A stretch of 64,000 nt of DNA from Chrysomallon squamiferum (lineage: Eukaryota; Animalia; Mollusca), in assembly GCA_012295275.1 (NCBI GenBank), contig CM022673.1, positions 19,034,001 through 19,098,000 on the forward strand, given 5' to 3'. Positions 1-14,521 of this stretch are shown piece after piece. The notes beneath the pieces are model-generated. The model was not told the DNA's origin. It ran no database searches and worked only from the letters and a program-made list of their open reading frames with translations. A program made the translations under genes and the position numbers. Position 1 is the first letter of the stretch, and each line of letters opens with the position of its first letter.

Positions 1-333
1 ATTGAATTAACAAATACGTACCACAAAATGTCGAAGAACTATATTTTTGCAATAGTTTTCAATGTTTCACTTTCAACACATTTGGACAAGAGCTGATGAG
101 TATTTGAATATTTGAATACTTTTATTACATATCCACATCACTCTAAATTGATCCCCTTTTTCTCTATTGTTTTTTGTTGGTTTTTTTGTGAGAAAAACAG
201 TCATATTTCAAACTTGAAGATCCTTTTCAAACATTTAATATTCCCTTTTTTTTTAAATTATTGATATGAGAAAGCAGTTTTTACATGTAATGAACAGGCA
301 AAATAGAGTTTGGTATTTTTGTTTTGTTTACAG

Positions 334-3300
334 AAGTCTGGCTGATGGCTGGAAGGCTGTTGCCACTGCTATGGAACAAGAAGCAGAACTTCACAAGTGA
401 GTATGATTAAGTAAATATAGAATCATAAAAGTGTTAGTTTTTTAAATTATTCTTTCACACAGATCATTCAAATTAGTGATTTACATATACACAATTTTTT
501 TTTTTTTTTTTGGTATTTATAACTTTATTTCTTTTATAATTTAGGTGTAATATCTTCCATTCTTCTCTCAGCAGGTTTGTTTGAATCACAGATGAAAAGA
601 TCTCTTAATTCAAATCAAATTATACAGTCAAATGCTTTTTTTTATACATATATATATATAAAATAAGCACTTCTGTTTATTTTTATTTTTAGAAATCTTG
701 GTTCTGGGTTAATAGAAGAAATAGGAAAACCTGTTAAAGGTTTGATTGAATCTCAAAGTAAAGCCAGAAAACCAGTAAGCCACTAAATCCTTAACAGATT
801 AATAATGTTATTATTTATTTAACACTGTTTTATGTAAATTCTTATCTGGATATTTTTACTATTATATATATATATAATAGTATTTTAACTTCTTCAAGAA
901 CAATTAACATAAACATATTTTACATAAAAGCTGTAAGACATTTCTTATTACTGTATATTATCATTTTTACTGTATACTTTGTACATTGACTTCTTTTTCA
1001 ATTTTTAAATTTCTTCACAATAAACAGATGTAGTTTATAACTCTAAAATGTTTTGATGTTAATGAACAGTGTATTTGCTCCAACATTTTATTGTTTCCAT
1101 TTCAGGTTGAGTCAATGGTAGACAAAGCCTATAAGAATCTTACTGACAGAAGAGCTGAAGAATACCGAGTAAGAGACAAATATTAATACAATTATTATTT
1201 TCCCAAAAACTGTAACCAAACTGTTTTACACCTAGTACTTTGCGATAATGCTGTATTAGGTTAGAAATGTGATATAAAAGATTATTAAGTACTGAATCTA
1301 GACATGAACTAAAGTAATTGCATTAACATTAATATCAATAAATCTCTAAATCTGATGTGTCATTGCAGGCTAAAAAACAATGCTATTCCTGTGCAAAGGA
1401 GTATGAGAAAGCAGAAGATGCATCAACTGATGCTAAAGGTGGCAAACCTAAAGATATGACCAAAGTAAGTGGCCAAATCTAAGTGTGGTTTGCTGGAAAG
1501 TGAATTTTAACTTTGTCTATTGAAGTCTAAAATACTTTTGCTTTAAATGGGTATTACACTGGAATTGCTAGGATATCAATAACAATATATTATTTGAAAA
1601 CACTCATCCATTCACACCGCTCAGTTACTGAATTCACTTTATTTACTCAAAATTTTAGTCTTTCAGGATTTTTCTTCCTTAAAATGTACAGAATGGTAAT
1701 GCATTTAATTACACGTTTGTCATTTTCAGATTGAAAAACGATGCAAACATTCCCTATCTGCTGTTACGAAGGCTGATAAAGACTACACAGAGTTAAGTTA
1801 CAAAGCAGAGTCAGTGAGGCAAGACTGGGATCTTACAGTGTGCAAGGTAATAACACTAACTGATGTAGTTCAGATGTAGTTCTTTGATGATGATATTGTA
1901 AGATCAGTCCTCTTGAGCCTGGCTGTTGGGCTGTGTAATGTTCCATCAAATACCATACCAGTGTTTTATGTTAAATATAAGTTTTGTTTACTTGTGAAAG
2001 AACAATTGATATCTAATGTCCATTAATATTAAAATTTTAGATATTAACCTTGTGTGTGTGGGTTTTTTTTTCTTCACAATGTATCTAATTCACTTAAATA
2101 TAGCAATCAAAGGAAATGTTAATATTGAATATAAATGATATTATTCTGTTCATGTATATTTTCTTTGTGAATTTCAGGGTAGTATCCAAATGCAGCGTAT
2201 TGAAGAAGAAAGAGTGAAACATATGCAAGACTATTTAAACAAATACAACAGCCAGGCGTCAGTTTTACCACCCAGGTTAACACAAGTGAGTGTTTTAATT
2301 CTGTTAGTTATAGAAAATACTGGCAGTTTTGAATAAAATATATTTTTAATTTGAATACTGAAACATATTGTTAATGAATATTATTATTTGCTGCTTAAAT
2401 TTTCATTTGTGTATTTAAGGTTAATAATTGTACTTGTCTAGAAGTATGTTTCATGAGCAGTCCCTGAGATTTATTTATAATTTTTCATGTGAACACAGTA
2501 TTTTTTCTCAAATGACTGTTGGTGGAATTATTTCTATAACACTTTTGTAAATAGGATATATTTCACTACTTCTGTTGTGTTTGAGTAAGTTATTGGGTAC
2601 AAAAATGTATTTATTATTATTAATTTTTTTTTTATTTAATAAAGATCAGGTAGTAGATTGAGAATGCTAGATTATTTTCTTTCTGTCATGTAGTTTAATT
2701 TTACCCAGTTATAATGTTGGCAAAAAAAAGAGAAGAAAAAATGAAACATGTTTTACTTTATTCAGCTGACACTTCATAAGTCTGAGATAACATACTGTTA
2801 GAAATGTGCTGCAAATATTTTTTAGAAACATAAAATAAAATGAGTAATAAATATCAATAAATATTCACAATTACTTTCTCTTTCAAGGTTTATGCATATA
2901 TTGAAGCCATTTTGATACCATTCATTCAGCATCAAAATTTTACTGAGTTTCCTGCATGACATCATTGCATTTTATAACAAGATTTCTTCCCAAGTAGAAT
3001 TTTATTTGTGTATTTGCTGAAAATATTTTTTTGATGAGATTTTTAACACTTTAGGAGGCATTTTCTTTATTATGGATTTCCATTTGAACATAAAACATTA
3101 TTGCAATGATTTATGTTGCATCTAGAATAATCCTTTCATACTGTATCTGAGCTATTAAGCAGCAGATTCACTTTATAATTAATTATGCCTAAGATTCAAT
3201 CATAATGTTTTATCAACTTCTTTACTCTACTAACTGTTGTTTATTTGTTAAATTTTAGACATTTGATCGACTGAATGAAGCTGTGATATCGGTAGATCTT

Positions 3301-6300
3301 CAAAGAGATTTACAACTAGTTATACAACAAAAAGGTGTCAAAACTCCCAAACAGCCTGAACAAATGTTAATAGACTGTTATGTATGTATTTATTCATTTT
3401 AAATATATTGACATAGATTTATTTTATCTATTTTCATGTTTTCTTTCTTCTATATGAAACTGGTTAAAATCTTCTTGAAATGTTATTTATATAAAAGTAA
3501 TAATATTTTATTAAAATTAATATTATTCATAACTCAGCTTAGAATCTGACATTAATCTGGATGCCAGTCTATGCTAATGTTAATCATTCTTCTTAAATAC
3601 ATTTATTAGGAATACTAATTCAACCAGTAAATTTAACTCCAAAAAATCACATATTTTAAATTAAAGTCTACACATGATGGAAAAGATACATATTTTTATT
3701 TTGTATATTTAAAACAAATATTTTTCCTTAAGTATATAAGATTTTGTTATATTTTTTTGTTCAGTTGTAAAATAAACATGATTACAGGAAATAAAGAGAG
3801 GTGTTTTTAAATCACTGTTTACAGGCAGAAGACTCTCAGTTCAGCATGAAATTAGAAAGAAGGAAAGAAGCATTACAGAATTATCTTGTCTATATTCAGC
3901 AGGCAATTGACAGAGACAGAAGGGGGAGAGAAGGTAAAAATTTAAAACTCTAGGAAATAGGAAACTGTGTTTGTCTGAAAGATGTTCTTTTACAGACTTG
4001 TATTTTAAGTACTCTTACCACTGTAATTTATGTAATATTCTTTATAGGTGTTCAGAAATTAGTTGATGTTTACAGAAATAAACCAAATTTTGGAGATGCT
4101 GAAGCTCAGCAAGATGTCATACAGAGGTTAGAACAGGTAAGATTAATATTTCTCAGTTAAGTTATAATAGGTAAGTCTCTCTGTACATCTTACGTGTCAC
4201 ATATTTCTGTTATATAGTGGTTGCAGTAGGTAAGTTTATTATGTACATCTTATATATTAGTAAGTCATTAAGCTGTCAGTGTTATTAGCTGCTTCATTTG
4301 CTACATCAGTACATATAATATGTTTTCTCTTTATTTAAAAAAATCAGTAAAATCTTTTCAGTTACTGATTTATTGTTCCAGTAAACAAGAAAAATGATAA
4401 ATACAGATAACTGTTTGTATTTGCAATTTATTTTCTGGATTGTAATTTGTAATACTAAAAACAATTTTTTTTGTTTCAGACAACATTCATGTTGAATTTC
4501 CTTGAAGCTAGTCATTTCAAAATCTCTGCTGCATTAGCAAAGTTCAGCCAGAGAGAACCACCACAGCATAAATTCTCTCAGTATATAGAAACCACAAGAG
4601 AAAAACAGGTTTTTCATTTCTAATGCTCATGCATGTTTTGTAGTAAAATCATCCAATGTGTATTTCAGATCTATTTATATGACCCATAGTATTAGCAGTT
4701 ACATTTTCTAATAAAAATGAGCTATTATTATGTCAATATTTATTTCAAGATTTCTAATTTTAAGGATGTAATTTGGTATATAGCAAAGCAAAATTAAAGT
4801 AGATTATGATTAGAGTATATGCTTTTGTTTGATCCTGTCACATTTTGTACTCAGGGCATGCTGGTTAGTTTGTTGAAACTACCACTGAATCTCGCACTGG
4901 AAGGAAGCAATGAATATACAGCATTTCCATCATCAACCAATAACTACTACCAAGAACTGCAACCTCTTGATGAAGAAGGTGAATTGATAATTTCTTCTTT
5001 TTTTCTATTCTTTTCTACAGAATAAGATAACCTTAAATAAAAAATAAAAATAAAAAACAGTTTTAATTTTTAAAAATTGTGAATATTTGTCTTCTAATAA
5101 ATAAATGTTAATTTTAAAAAATGAATTGCACATATACAGCAAATTTTAGTAGATATTGGAACAGTTATTGTTAAACATTTTTAATATGTCATTAGATAAG
5201 TGCATATAGAATATTATATTAACTTGTTTTTAAAAACATCTTATTTTATTTTAATTCAGGTTACTATGGTAAGTTTTTTAACTTATTCCTTTATAAAATG
5301 TATATAATTGTAACCTCTTTGCAAGTTACTTTTTTAATTTTAATTTTTTGTAATAGAGTATATCACAGAAGAATGATCAGCTGTGACAGTTTTTATTTTG
5401 TTTTGGCATGCCATTTTATCTTTTTATGGTAATTAGAGAAATATAAAACTACTCACTATACTCTCAGATATACCTAAACAGTCTGTGTAGGACACTGATG
5501 TGCGTGTGGAACATGCCATTTAAACATTTTTGATAGAACTGTATGAACTGTATACACAGCTTGTACATTTTTTTTTTTTACATTAACATTATTGGTTTCA
5601 CTGACAGCTTTCAGAAGTAAAAATATTACAGTGCTCTGTGCTCAAATTTTTATTTATACAGAGTTTAAATTAACTATATTATTAAATTATAAAAAATACT
5701 TTAATAACAAATATTTTGATTTACAACACTAGATTTAATAACACTTTAATAACACATATTTAGATTTATAGTACTGTGTGTCATTAACTTCTATCTTGTT
5801 GATATTTTAAATGTGGTCAAATGTAAATGTTATTAATTCCTTTAGAATAATAAGTTTTAAATATTACATTCTCTAAGAGTTTGAATCGATGCACATTTTA
5901 AATTATTGTTCTATTAATATTGTTTTGATACTCATAGCAAGCAGTCATCATTGTGTGTGTGTGTGTGTGTTTAGAAAACTGTATTGCTTGTCTGAAAAAC
6001 AGGAAATAGAATAATTTAAAATGTATTTAAGATTTATTTCTGTCAGTTATAAAAACATCAAAAATGACATATATCTACTTTTGATTTCCTGCGTTCAGTA
6101 ACATGCCTTTTTAGTTTATAGTTTATATGTAGAGAAAAGAAAATAATTTTATTACTTTTTTTCTTAATTTTTAACTTTTGTTTACCTAATTTATGAACAT
6201 TGCAGAAAATGTAGATGATTTGCATCTCGGTAAGTTTGATAATGATTGCAAATTTGTGCTGGTTCAGTGGAAGGCAATGTTCCTTTTTGTCAGTTAAAAT

Positions 6301-8337
6301 AACACTTTAATTTTAAACAGGATACTTTTTAAAATCTTGTTTTATGTATCTATTAGCTTACAGTCTTTTCTTTTTAAAAGGAATATAGCTTTATTGCATG
6401 GAAAAAGTTACTTATCTATCTTATACTGTAGCATCAGTAACACTGCAGCATGAGTAAAGGACATACAGTCTGGCGAATTTAAATATAACAGTTTGACATT
6501 TCACTGATCAGAAAGCTCATGTTTCCCTATAAAATATTATTTTTATTTTCATCCATGATGATATAAATATACTCTTTCAATGAAAGTAATAAAAATATAT
6601 TCTGGCATGGTAGAGATTTCCTATTTCTATGATGCCTTGCCTGTAATCTGCTATTTAAAATATTTTGAGCATGAATGCTTCCACTTGATATCCAAAATAA
6701 TCATTAAATGGACAACTTCTAACAAATGTACTAATTGTGGTTGGCACTAGTTTTTCATCATCTTCCAGAAAAGGAATATGAGTTGAAGGTTTGGGACAGG
6801 CTTATTTTATATAAGGCTTTTTTTCTTTAAAACAAATATGAAATTTCTGGTTTTTAAATACTTAAATCATATTTGCAACAAATAAAATAATAATATTAGA
6901 TATTTTTCTTAGACACAGTTATAAAATAATTATATCTTTAGTTAAATCTTTCAGTGTACAGCAGTTTGAAGTTTCCTTATCTTTATACATATGTATATTT
7001 TAAATTGTATTATTCCTGTTTTTATCCTCACAACCACTTTTGTGTTTTCTTATATTTTTAACTGCTTATGTCTTCTTAAGACATCATGTTTTTTCCAAAA
7101 TTTGTTAGCAGCAGCTTGTTTTATTCACACAAGATTATCTTCAGTTCTGAGAATTCATTTGTGAGATTTTATATGTTTATTAAATGAAGGCACATCACAT
7201 ACATTTCTATTTGAATCAATCTGAATGATTAAGTGTTTATTTTTTCTCATACTTTTGGCAGAAGCAGTCCATTTTAATATTATATATATATATATATATA
7301 TAAAAAATTCTTTGGAAGTTTTAATTTGCAAATTGGAAATTAATTTTTTTTTTTTTTTTTGTTAAAGACATATTATTTGTTTCTAGGTCTTAGCAAATAC
7401 GTAATTGTATTATAAAGTTATGCATGTACACAGTGGTTCTTTTATACAGAAATCTTTTCCCCAGCTTTTTACTTCAGGAAATATATAACATTTCTTATAA
7501 TAACATCAAGATAAGTGATCAGCAAAATGACAGTTTTGAAAAACAACATAACTTTTTAGATTTTGGAGTATATTTGGTGAAAGCTGAACAGTATTTATTT
7601 TTAATCTTTTAATTAACTGTTAGAAGAATGACCATAAATAAAAATAATAATTTTGTGGACTGGAAAATGTTTTTGTTTTTCAGAATCACATGACCCTGAT
7701 TAAAGAATGACAATAGTGAAATGTTAATGTTTTCTGCTTGTAGGAAATGATTCTGATCCTGAATTTGACATGGACCCTATCGGTCAGTGTCGTGTGATAT
7801 ACAACTACACTGCTGCTGCTGCTGATGAACTTACAATAAAACCAGGTGGGTGTTACTTACCCTGTAATTATCATCAGATTATGATAAAACATTTTACAGC
7901 AGTTTTATTACTAGCTTCACAGCTTTTATTCATATTTGTTCACTCTTTCTCTTGTGACAGTATGTATCTTTGTTGGATAAATAGTGTAAATTAAATCTAC
8001 ATAACTTATTTTAAAAAGTTAACTTTAAGCAGTTCTTACAATATAAGTTTTAAATATGTATATATTTCTAGTTGACATACATCTGTGGCATCTTTGAAAG
8101 AAGATCAGGAAAGATTTTTTTTATAATATTGAAACTGATATTTGCTTTTTTATCTGTTGTGAAGTTTAATTTATAAATATAATTTTAGAAGTTACAATTT
8201 TCTTTTTGATAGCTTTATTAAATTATTTTTCAGGTGATGTAATCAAAATATTTGACAAGCTTGCAAATGGTTGGTGGCATGGTGAATTACAAGGCCAGGT
8301 TGGCATTTTCCCTTCAACTTATGTTGAAGAGTTTTAG
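334..8337 (+). CDS. NOSTRIN: NOSTRIN-like F-BAR/HR1/SH3 membrane-trafficking adaptor, 5'-truncated by the window edge
   Basis: GT-AG exons with consistent phases: 334-396, 693-774, 1106-1168, 1369-1464, 1730-1846, 2178-2285, 3259-3381, 3825-3933, 4048-4136, 4480-4608, 4855-4978, (microexons 5260-5268, 6206-6229), 7744-7845, 8234-8337 (TAG). Translation shows F-BAR helices (SLADGWKAVATAMEQEAELHKNLGSGLIEEIGKP; MQRIEEERVKHMQDYLNKY), an HR1-like segment (GVQKLVDVYRNKPNFGDAEAQ) and a C-terminal SH3 (CRVIYNYTAAAADELTIKPGDVIKIFDKLANGWWHGELQGQVGIFPSTYVEEF). Confidence 0.88.
5260..5268 (+). CDS. Candidate 9-nt microexon of the NOSTRIN-like gene (adds GYY)
   Basis: ttattttattttaattcag|GTTACTATG|gtaagt: long pyrimidine tract, perfect donor, symmetric phase 1 matching the flanking exons (4978 and 7744). 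Confidence 0.7.
6206..6229 (+). CDS. Candidate 24-nt microexon of the NOSTRIN-like gene (adds ENVDDLHL)
   Basis: ctaatttatgaacattgcag|AAAATGTAGATGATTTGCATCTCG|gtaagt: perfect donor, symmetric phase 1, open frame. Confidence 0.7.
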
Positions 8338-10416
8338 CAGACAGGAAACTCAGTTTAAACAAAATTACTTCTATTTCTCAAGCAGAGATCATTGCTGTAC
8401 ATTGTATCATTTCAGTACTTATTTAGGATATCTAAAGGCATCAGTGAACAGTTAAGATCAGGAATATTAAGTGTGTAGTTTGAACATCCGTGAATAACCA
8501 CAGAAACTCCTGAAGATGGTGTATCTATGGCTGATGATAATGTTTTATGAAGGTTTAAAATTACATAAATCAGGGATTTTATTTATTTGTATCTAATTTT
8601 ATTGTCACTAAACAAAAATCAATGAACTTTAAGATCAAAAGCATTCTTGATAGTGGCTGTATTTCTTTATTTTTTTTTATAACAGAATTTTCACTGAATT
8701 AACATTTTACTCTGATACAATACTGTAAAAAAATACTACAGAATACCAATAGTAAGTGGTATTCCACTACTTATAAAGGTGTGCTGTTGTTGAGTTTTGC
8801 CTTAATCAATGAATTACAGATGTGAACAAGAGGATAATTTTAATAATCAAGGAATAAAGTTACCAGTACACCAGTGAATGTCAGTATGTAAATACATACC
8901 TATATATAATTATATATGTAAAGATCTGTTTTAGTTTTGTTTTTAGTTTTGTTTTTAATGAAGTGTATTTTAATCTTTATATGTTTTGTAAATAGTCTAC
9001 ATTTTATGATTAAATGTATTACTCAGTTATTGTTTTTTCTAAAAACCTTTGTTATACACTTATTTCTTCTTATAAACTTAAATAAACTTTAATTTGTTTT
9101 AACAGTTTTTCATGATTGTAGATTATATTAAGAGAAGTAGGTTAAGGTATTGTGTTTATTATTTGTATTTTAGTACAGTTGTACAGGTATCAGAAACACT
9201 TTCTAGATGGATCAACCACTGTTCATTTAGTGCTCATGTAATTCATTCACGTTGTTCATTTTCCATCACATTTATCAAAAACTCATTAGGCATCATAATT
9301 TCAACATCCTAAAGTTTGATTAGATAAAGAACTGTGAAACTTCAACCAGAAAAATTTAAATTGCTGGGATAATAAACAGTTTCAAAGACAGCCAGACTAA
9401 AACAAACTTACTGATTTGAGAATTATAAAGTGTTTTTGTTATTGTAGATTGTCACTTTCACTTTACTTTTCTTTTGTTAGTAACAAAGATTGATGAAATA
9501 CAGTTGATTTGGACATAGTTTACTCTATTTTGTCATTTGGACAAATAGTTTCATCAGTGGATTTTTTAAAATATTTATCTTTTATAAGAGATTATAATTC
9601 TTTATATACATACTATTTAGATATTGTTAATATTGATGCATATGCTTTTATTACTACTAAATGCTAATATATTATAAAGTATGTTTATACTTAATGCAGC
9701 TTGTTCACTTTTGCAGTTAATAATTCAAAGAATTTACCACAAAAATTATCATTTCATAGAATTACATATCACTTTAAATCAAAATTAAATAATGTATTTG
9801 TACATACATACACATGCATACCAAAAACAAAGAATGTATGCAATCACACTACATAAAACCGTATTTTGAGCGATTTGTTTTTAACTTCATTTTTAATTGT
9901 TTGTTGTACGATTATAATCAAATATAATTGTGATGCAGATTAATTACAAATGTGTGTTATCACTCATTCTTAAGCACTGACATTGTACTTAACTTACTAT
10001 ATTCATAATAATGTAGCTTCTCCAATTGCTCATTTGCCTGCTGCAGACACAGGATACTCACTTAATTAGTTATTAAATGATGAAAGGATGGGAAGTTTAA
10101 ATTAGTACTTCAGTGCAATAAGTATTACACGCTTTCTCTGTGTATTTCTTTTATCAGGGTAATCTGGCTTACCTTCACAAGCTGGTCAGTGTTGTTACTT
10201 TGTTGTGTTGTGATGCATTTTATACAGTATTTATGCATATTTGGTTTATCCATACTGCTATGTCACTTACCATGCTGTTTCATAACTTTAATTTGAAACG
10301 GGCTTTGTGAAATTATAAGAGCCAGCATAATAGTTTGCTGTAATGTAAATATGTGGCATTATCAAAATACTGCTTTTTAGGAAATATTTTCTTTATATAT
10401 TTTTCTCCATGATTAA

Positions 10417-10472
<56 letters not shown>

Positions 10473-12168
10473 AATTCAAATAAAATACCCACATTTTAAT
10501 ATATTTGACATATCTTGCAAATTTATTTTTCAGGGTTTTCTTTTTGATTATTATTAGAGGAGATGATGGTTATTTTATTCTCTTTTTTTTTTTTATTATG
10601 CTGTTGTTCTTAACATTATAACAAAAAAATTAATTCAGGTAAAATCATCTCAGAAATAGCTAATTACAAAAGCACATTAGATCTGGGGTTTTTTGGTTTT
10701 TAATGGAGTATTTTATTGAACATCCATAAATGCATACTTCACACCCACACATATAAGACTTTGAAATATTCTGGGCATTATTTTCTGGAGTTGTTATTAC
10801 AAACTTATGTGCAGACAAATCATTAATTAATTTATAATGAAAATGCAAATACAGAGATTTATATTAAAATTAAAAATTAATATTTGTTCAGATTCTTTTT
10901 TTCCCCCTTAACCATTTACTTTACATATCATTAATTTTTTTAATTTTTTCTATTATTTTGAAATTAGGAAACATCTTTGTGCTTAACTTGTATTGCTGAT
11001 ATTACAAAATAATTGAGTAAGGATGTAGTTTTGCAGGGACCACAAAAAACAAAGTTAAAATAAAAACCAATGAATGGTCACCTTTTACACAAATATAAAT
11101 AATTTTAATACACCTTTGTAACATTTTGAACAACAGTAACATTACCACTATATTAATAGCAAAATATAATTTAAGTATTCAAAAGTTTCATTTTCATGCA
11201 CTATTTAAACTGATGTTATTCTTTAGTTGCCAGTTACTAGATTTATAAATTGCTATGACATTTTAGTTTTGTTCTTTTTCTAGATTGTTTTATTTATTAA
11301 GATTTGCTAATCAAATTAGATACTGTTATAAAGGTCAAATAAATATATTCCAGTCATCCAACATCATTCCAGTGTGATGTCAATAGATATAAGAATTAAA
11401 GATTATAGAAAAATTTGTGTTCAGTAACATTCACCATTTTGTAATATTGAATGTTGTGATACATATATTTTACTGTTACTTTTAAAATGTTACTTTTTAT
11501 GTCAGCAAATAAAATTCTTGCATAAGGTATGCCTTCTCATTATTTATTTTAATAAAATAGACATGGCAGATTATCCACAACCAACAGCAAATTTAATATT
11601 TCAGAAAAACTAATGAATCCAAAAATGTTTGGGGGGTTTTCAGCAAATATTAGCACATAGAAAGTATTTTATTATAGGATTAAAAATATTTTCAATATGT
11701 TTTATATATTTAAAAAAAGTTGATAACCATTAAAATAATTTAATTCTCAAATGACGGTCTTTATACAGGGCTGTCATATTTAACAAACGTGTCACAGAGC
11801 TAGCTTGACTGCAATATGTCACATCTGAGGATTATTTCAAATCATTAAACTCCAGCATATTCCAAAGATAAAAATGTGTTAATCAGGATTTTCTAACAAT
11901 TAAAACATCACAACTATTTTAAATGTAGATTTATTGCACTGAATAAATATTGTACTGCTGCCATTCAGAGATTAAGAAACAAAAAAAACGTTTTACTGTA
12001 AAAAAAAGAAGTAAAAAACCAGTTGTAAAATATTAAAAAACTGTTTTATCCAGCCTTGTACCATAGTTCTGAAGATAAAAGTATTGGAACTGTCTAACTT
12101 TTGATGTCCTTTCAACTAAACTGATCTTCTTAGTTTTGAAGATGTTAATGTTTGCACACAAGACCATT

Positions 12169-14487
12169 TCATAAGAGAAGCTTTGTGTGTCCAGCACTGA
12201 GAACTTTCTCTGCCAGTTTAACTTTTTCTTTCAAATCATAGTCTTCACTATTCTCTGACTTTAGTTTCTGCTTCAGTAAAAAGTGTTGCATAAACAGCTT
12301 TAAACCATCCTGTAGATGTCGTAGTTTTTCAGTGGAAGCAATTCTGAGAAATGCTGCCTCTACCATACTTTCAGAATGTTTGAGAATATCTCTGAGAGTA
12401 TGTTTCAGAAACTGAACCATTGCTTTACTAAGTGTTCCAAACTCAACAACCTGCAATATTAACAAGCAGTATGATAAAAATTTGCACAATTATTAAATAA
12501 ATAAAAAGAAAATGGAAGCTGCATTTAAGCTTAATTTGATATTAACTGTGATACTATTTGCATTAGAAATGATAGGAACATCACAAAACACATTATTATA
12601 GCATAAATAACGTGTAATTTATATTACAGCAATGTTTCTCCAGTCATGCAAAAAATCCAAATTTTCAATAAACATTAATAATGAATTGCATTTTTCTATC
12701 AATCTTGCTCCATAAAACAGACTTATTGAAGAAGCAAAAACAAATATAATTTTTTTAAGAATCTCACCTTTAACACGGAGAGAGAGATTCCCTTATTGAC
12801 GATCAAATAACTGACAAGTCTAGCCAGGTTTTCTCGATTGTGCTCTGATAAATTTCCCATTTCTTTAAATTTATCCCACAAACTGAACTGGAAAGTAATC
12901 TGAGTAAACAATTGTAGAATAAAAAATAAATAAACTATAAGGTAAAACTACTAGTATTTAATTTCAATACATAAAAATAATGCATGTTTTCTACATAATA
13001 TTAATATTACTGAGGAATTTTTAAGTGAACATTTATTTTTATTAAAATAAAACGTATATTTTTATTTTTCATTTTAAATGCTTACCTGAAATCTATGGTC
13101 ATGTTCACAGAATTTGTTTGTCAGTATTGCATAAAATGGATTGAACTTCTTTTCTTGGAGACAACAATCCTGAATGACATTAATTATCTCCCTTTCTTGT
13201 TTTTGTTTTAATCCAAGACGAAGCAGCTTTTCAAAAGCATCAAGAAAATCCTGAAAATATTTAATATTTTATTCAATGAGACAAACACTTAATTGATTTT
13301 ACAATTTGATCAAGATATTTGAAAGCTGTGGGCTTTAATATGTCAATAGGAATAATTTATGGTTATTGTGAGAGTAAAAGAGGACTTCTGTAATGAAATT
13401 ATTTTAAAATATGATCCTATAATCTCTTAAAAGTTGTTCTTTGCTTGAAATGAAGAATATCAAATGTTTTTATGAAACAGAAGATAGGTTAAAGATTAAA
13501 ATATAGCTGAAAAGAATATACCTCACTGGTCATTATTACACAGAAAATATTTTTTCTGATGTCTGTGTTCATTCTCATCTTGCGTGCCAAATTTAACAGT
13601 TTAGTGCTTGCCTTACTCGGTGACCCAGAGGATGCCACAGAACCTAGTGTCAAAAGAACATTATATATATTAACAAATTAGAAAGAAAATACTTTGATTT
13701 TAACAACTTTACAATTTATTACAGGAATATAGTATTTTTATCTCATCACATATTATGAACATTTTCATACTTATACAGCTTCTATCTCGTGTGATAGAGC
13801 AGAAAGTTCTTTGTGAATGTAAAACTGTAACTAGTAAGTACCTGTCTGTGTTATTTTAGTCTCACTGTCTCGCCCCTCCCATGCAGATCCAATGAGCCAC
13901 CAACGCCCTTTCTCTTCAGCTTGAAGTAAATCATCCAGACTGATGTCAAGTTGATTGTCAGCAAAACCACTTCCTGAAAAACAAATAATCAACAGGTATA
14001 AGAATTTTGTCTGTAAAAAAATCAGAACCTATTATTTTTAAGTGATTATATAAGCAATTTTGTTTTCTTTTGTGTTTATTACTTATAACATGACAAATAT
14101 TTTTATCCATAATATTTATTTACAAAAATTAATTACTAATTTTTAAAAAATAATATTCCTAAAATGAATCTTTGATGATACCAAGAAACTGTCTTAATAT
14201 ATTCTGCATATTTACTCTTTATATATTTTAGAATAAACTATTAATAATATACCTCTGATGTAATTTCTTGTAAGTTTTTTCAAATGTTCAAGATGATCTG
14301 GATTAAAATTTGGAATTTTTCTCATATTGTTGTTTTTAATTGCAAGTAAAATATCCAACATGAATTTGACTCGAGATTGGTCGGCAAATGTTGTTATGTC
14401 TGCTGAACTAGCTTTTGTCTGGATGTCTATAATTATTGCTTTCAAAGCAGAAGGGTCATCCTTTCTTAGAGTAAAACCTGAACCTGG

Positions 14488-14521
<34 letters not shown>

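Noticed and set aside
7387-7400. Possible NOSTRIN microexon ttctag|GTCTTAGCAAATAC|gtaatt
   Set aside because: 14 nt, not frame-preserving.
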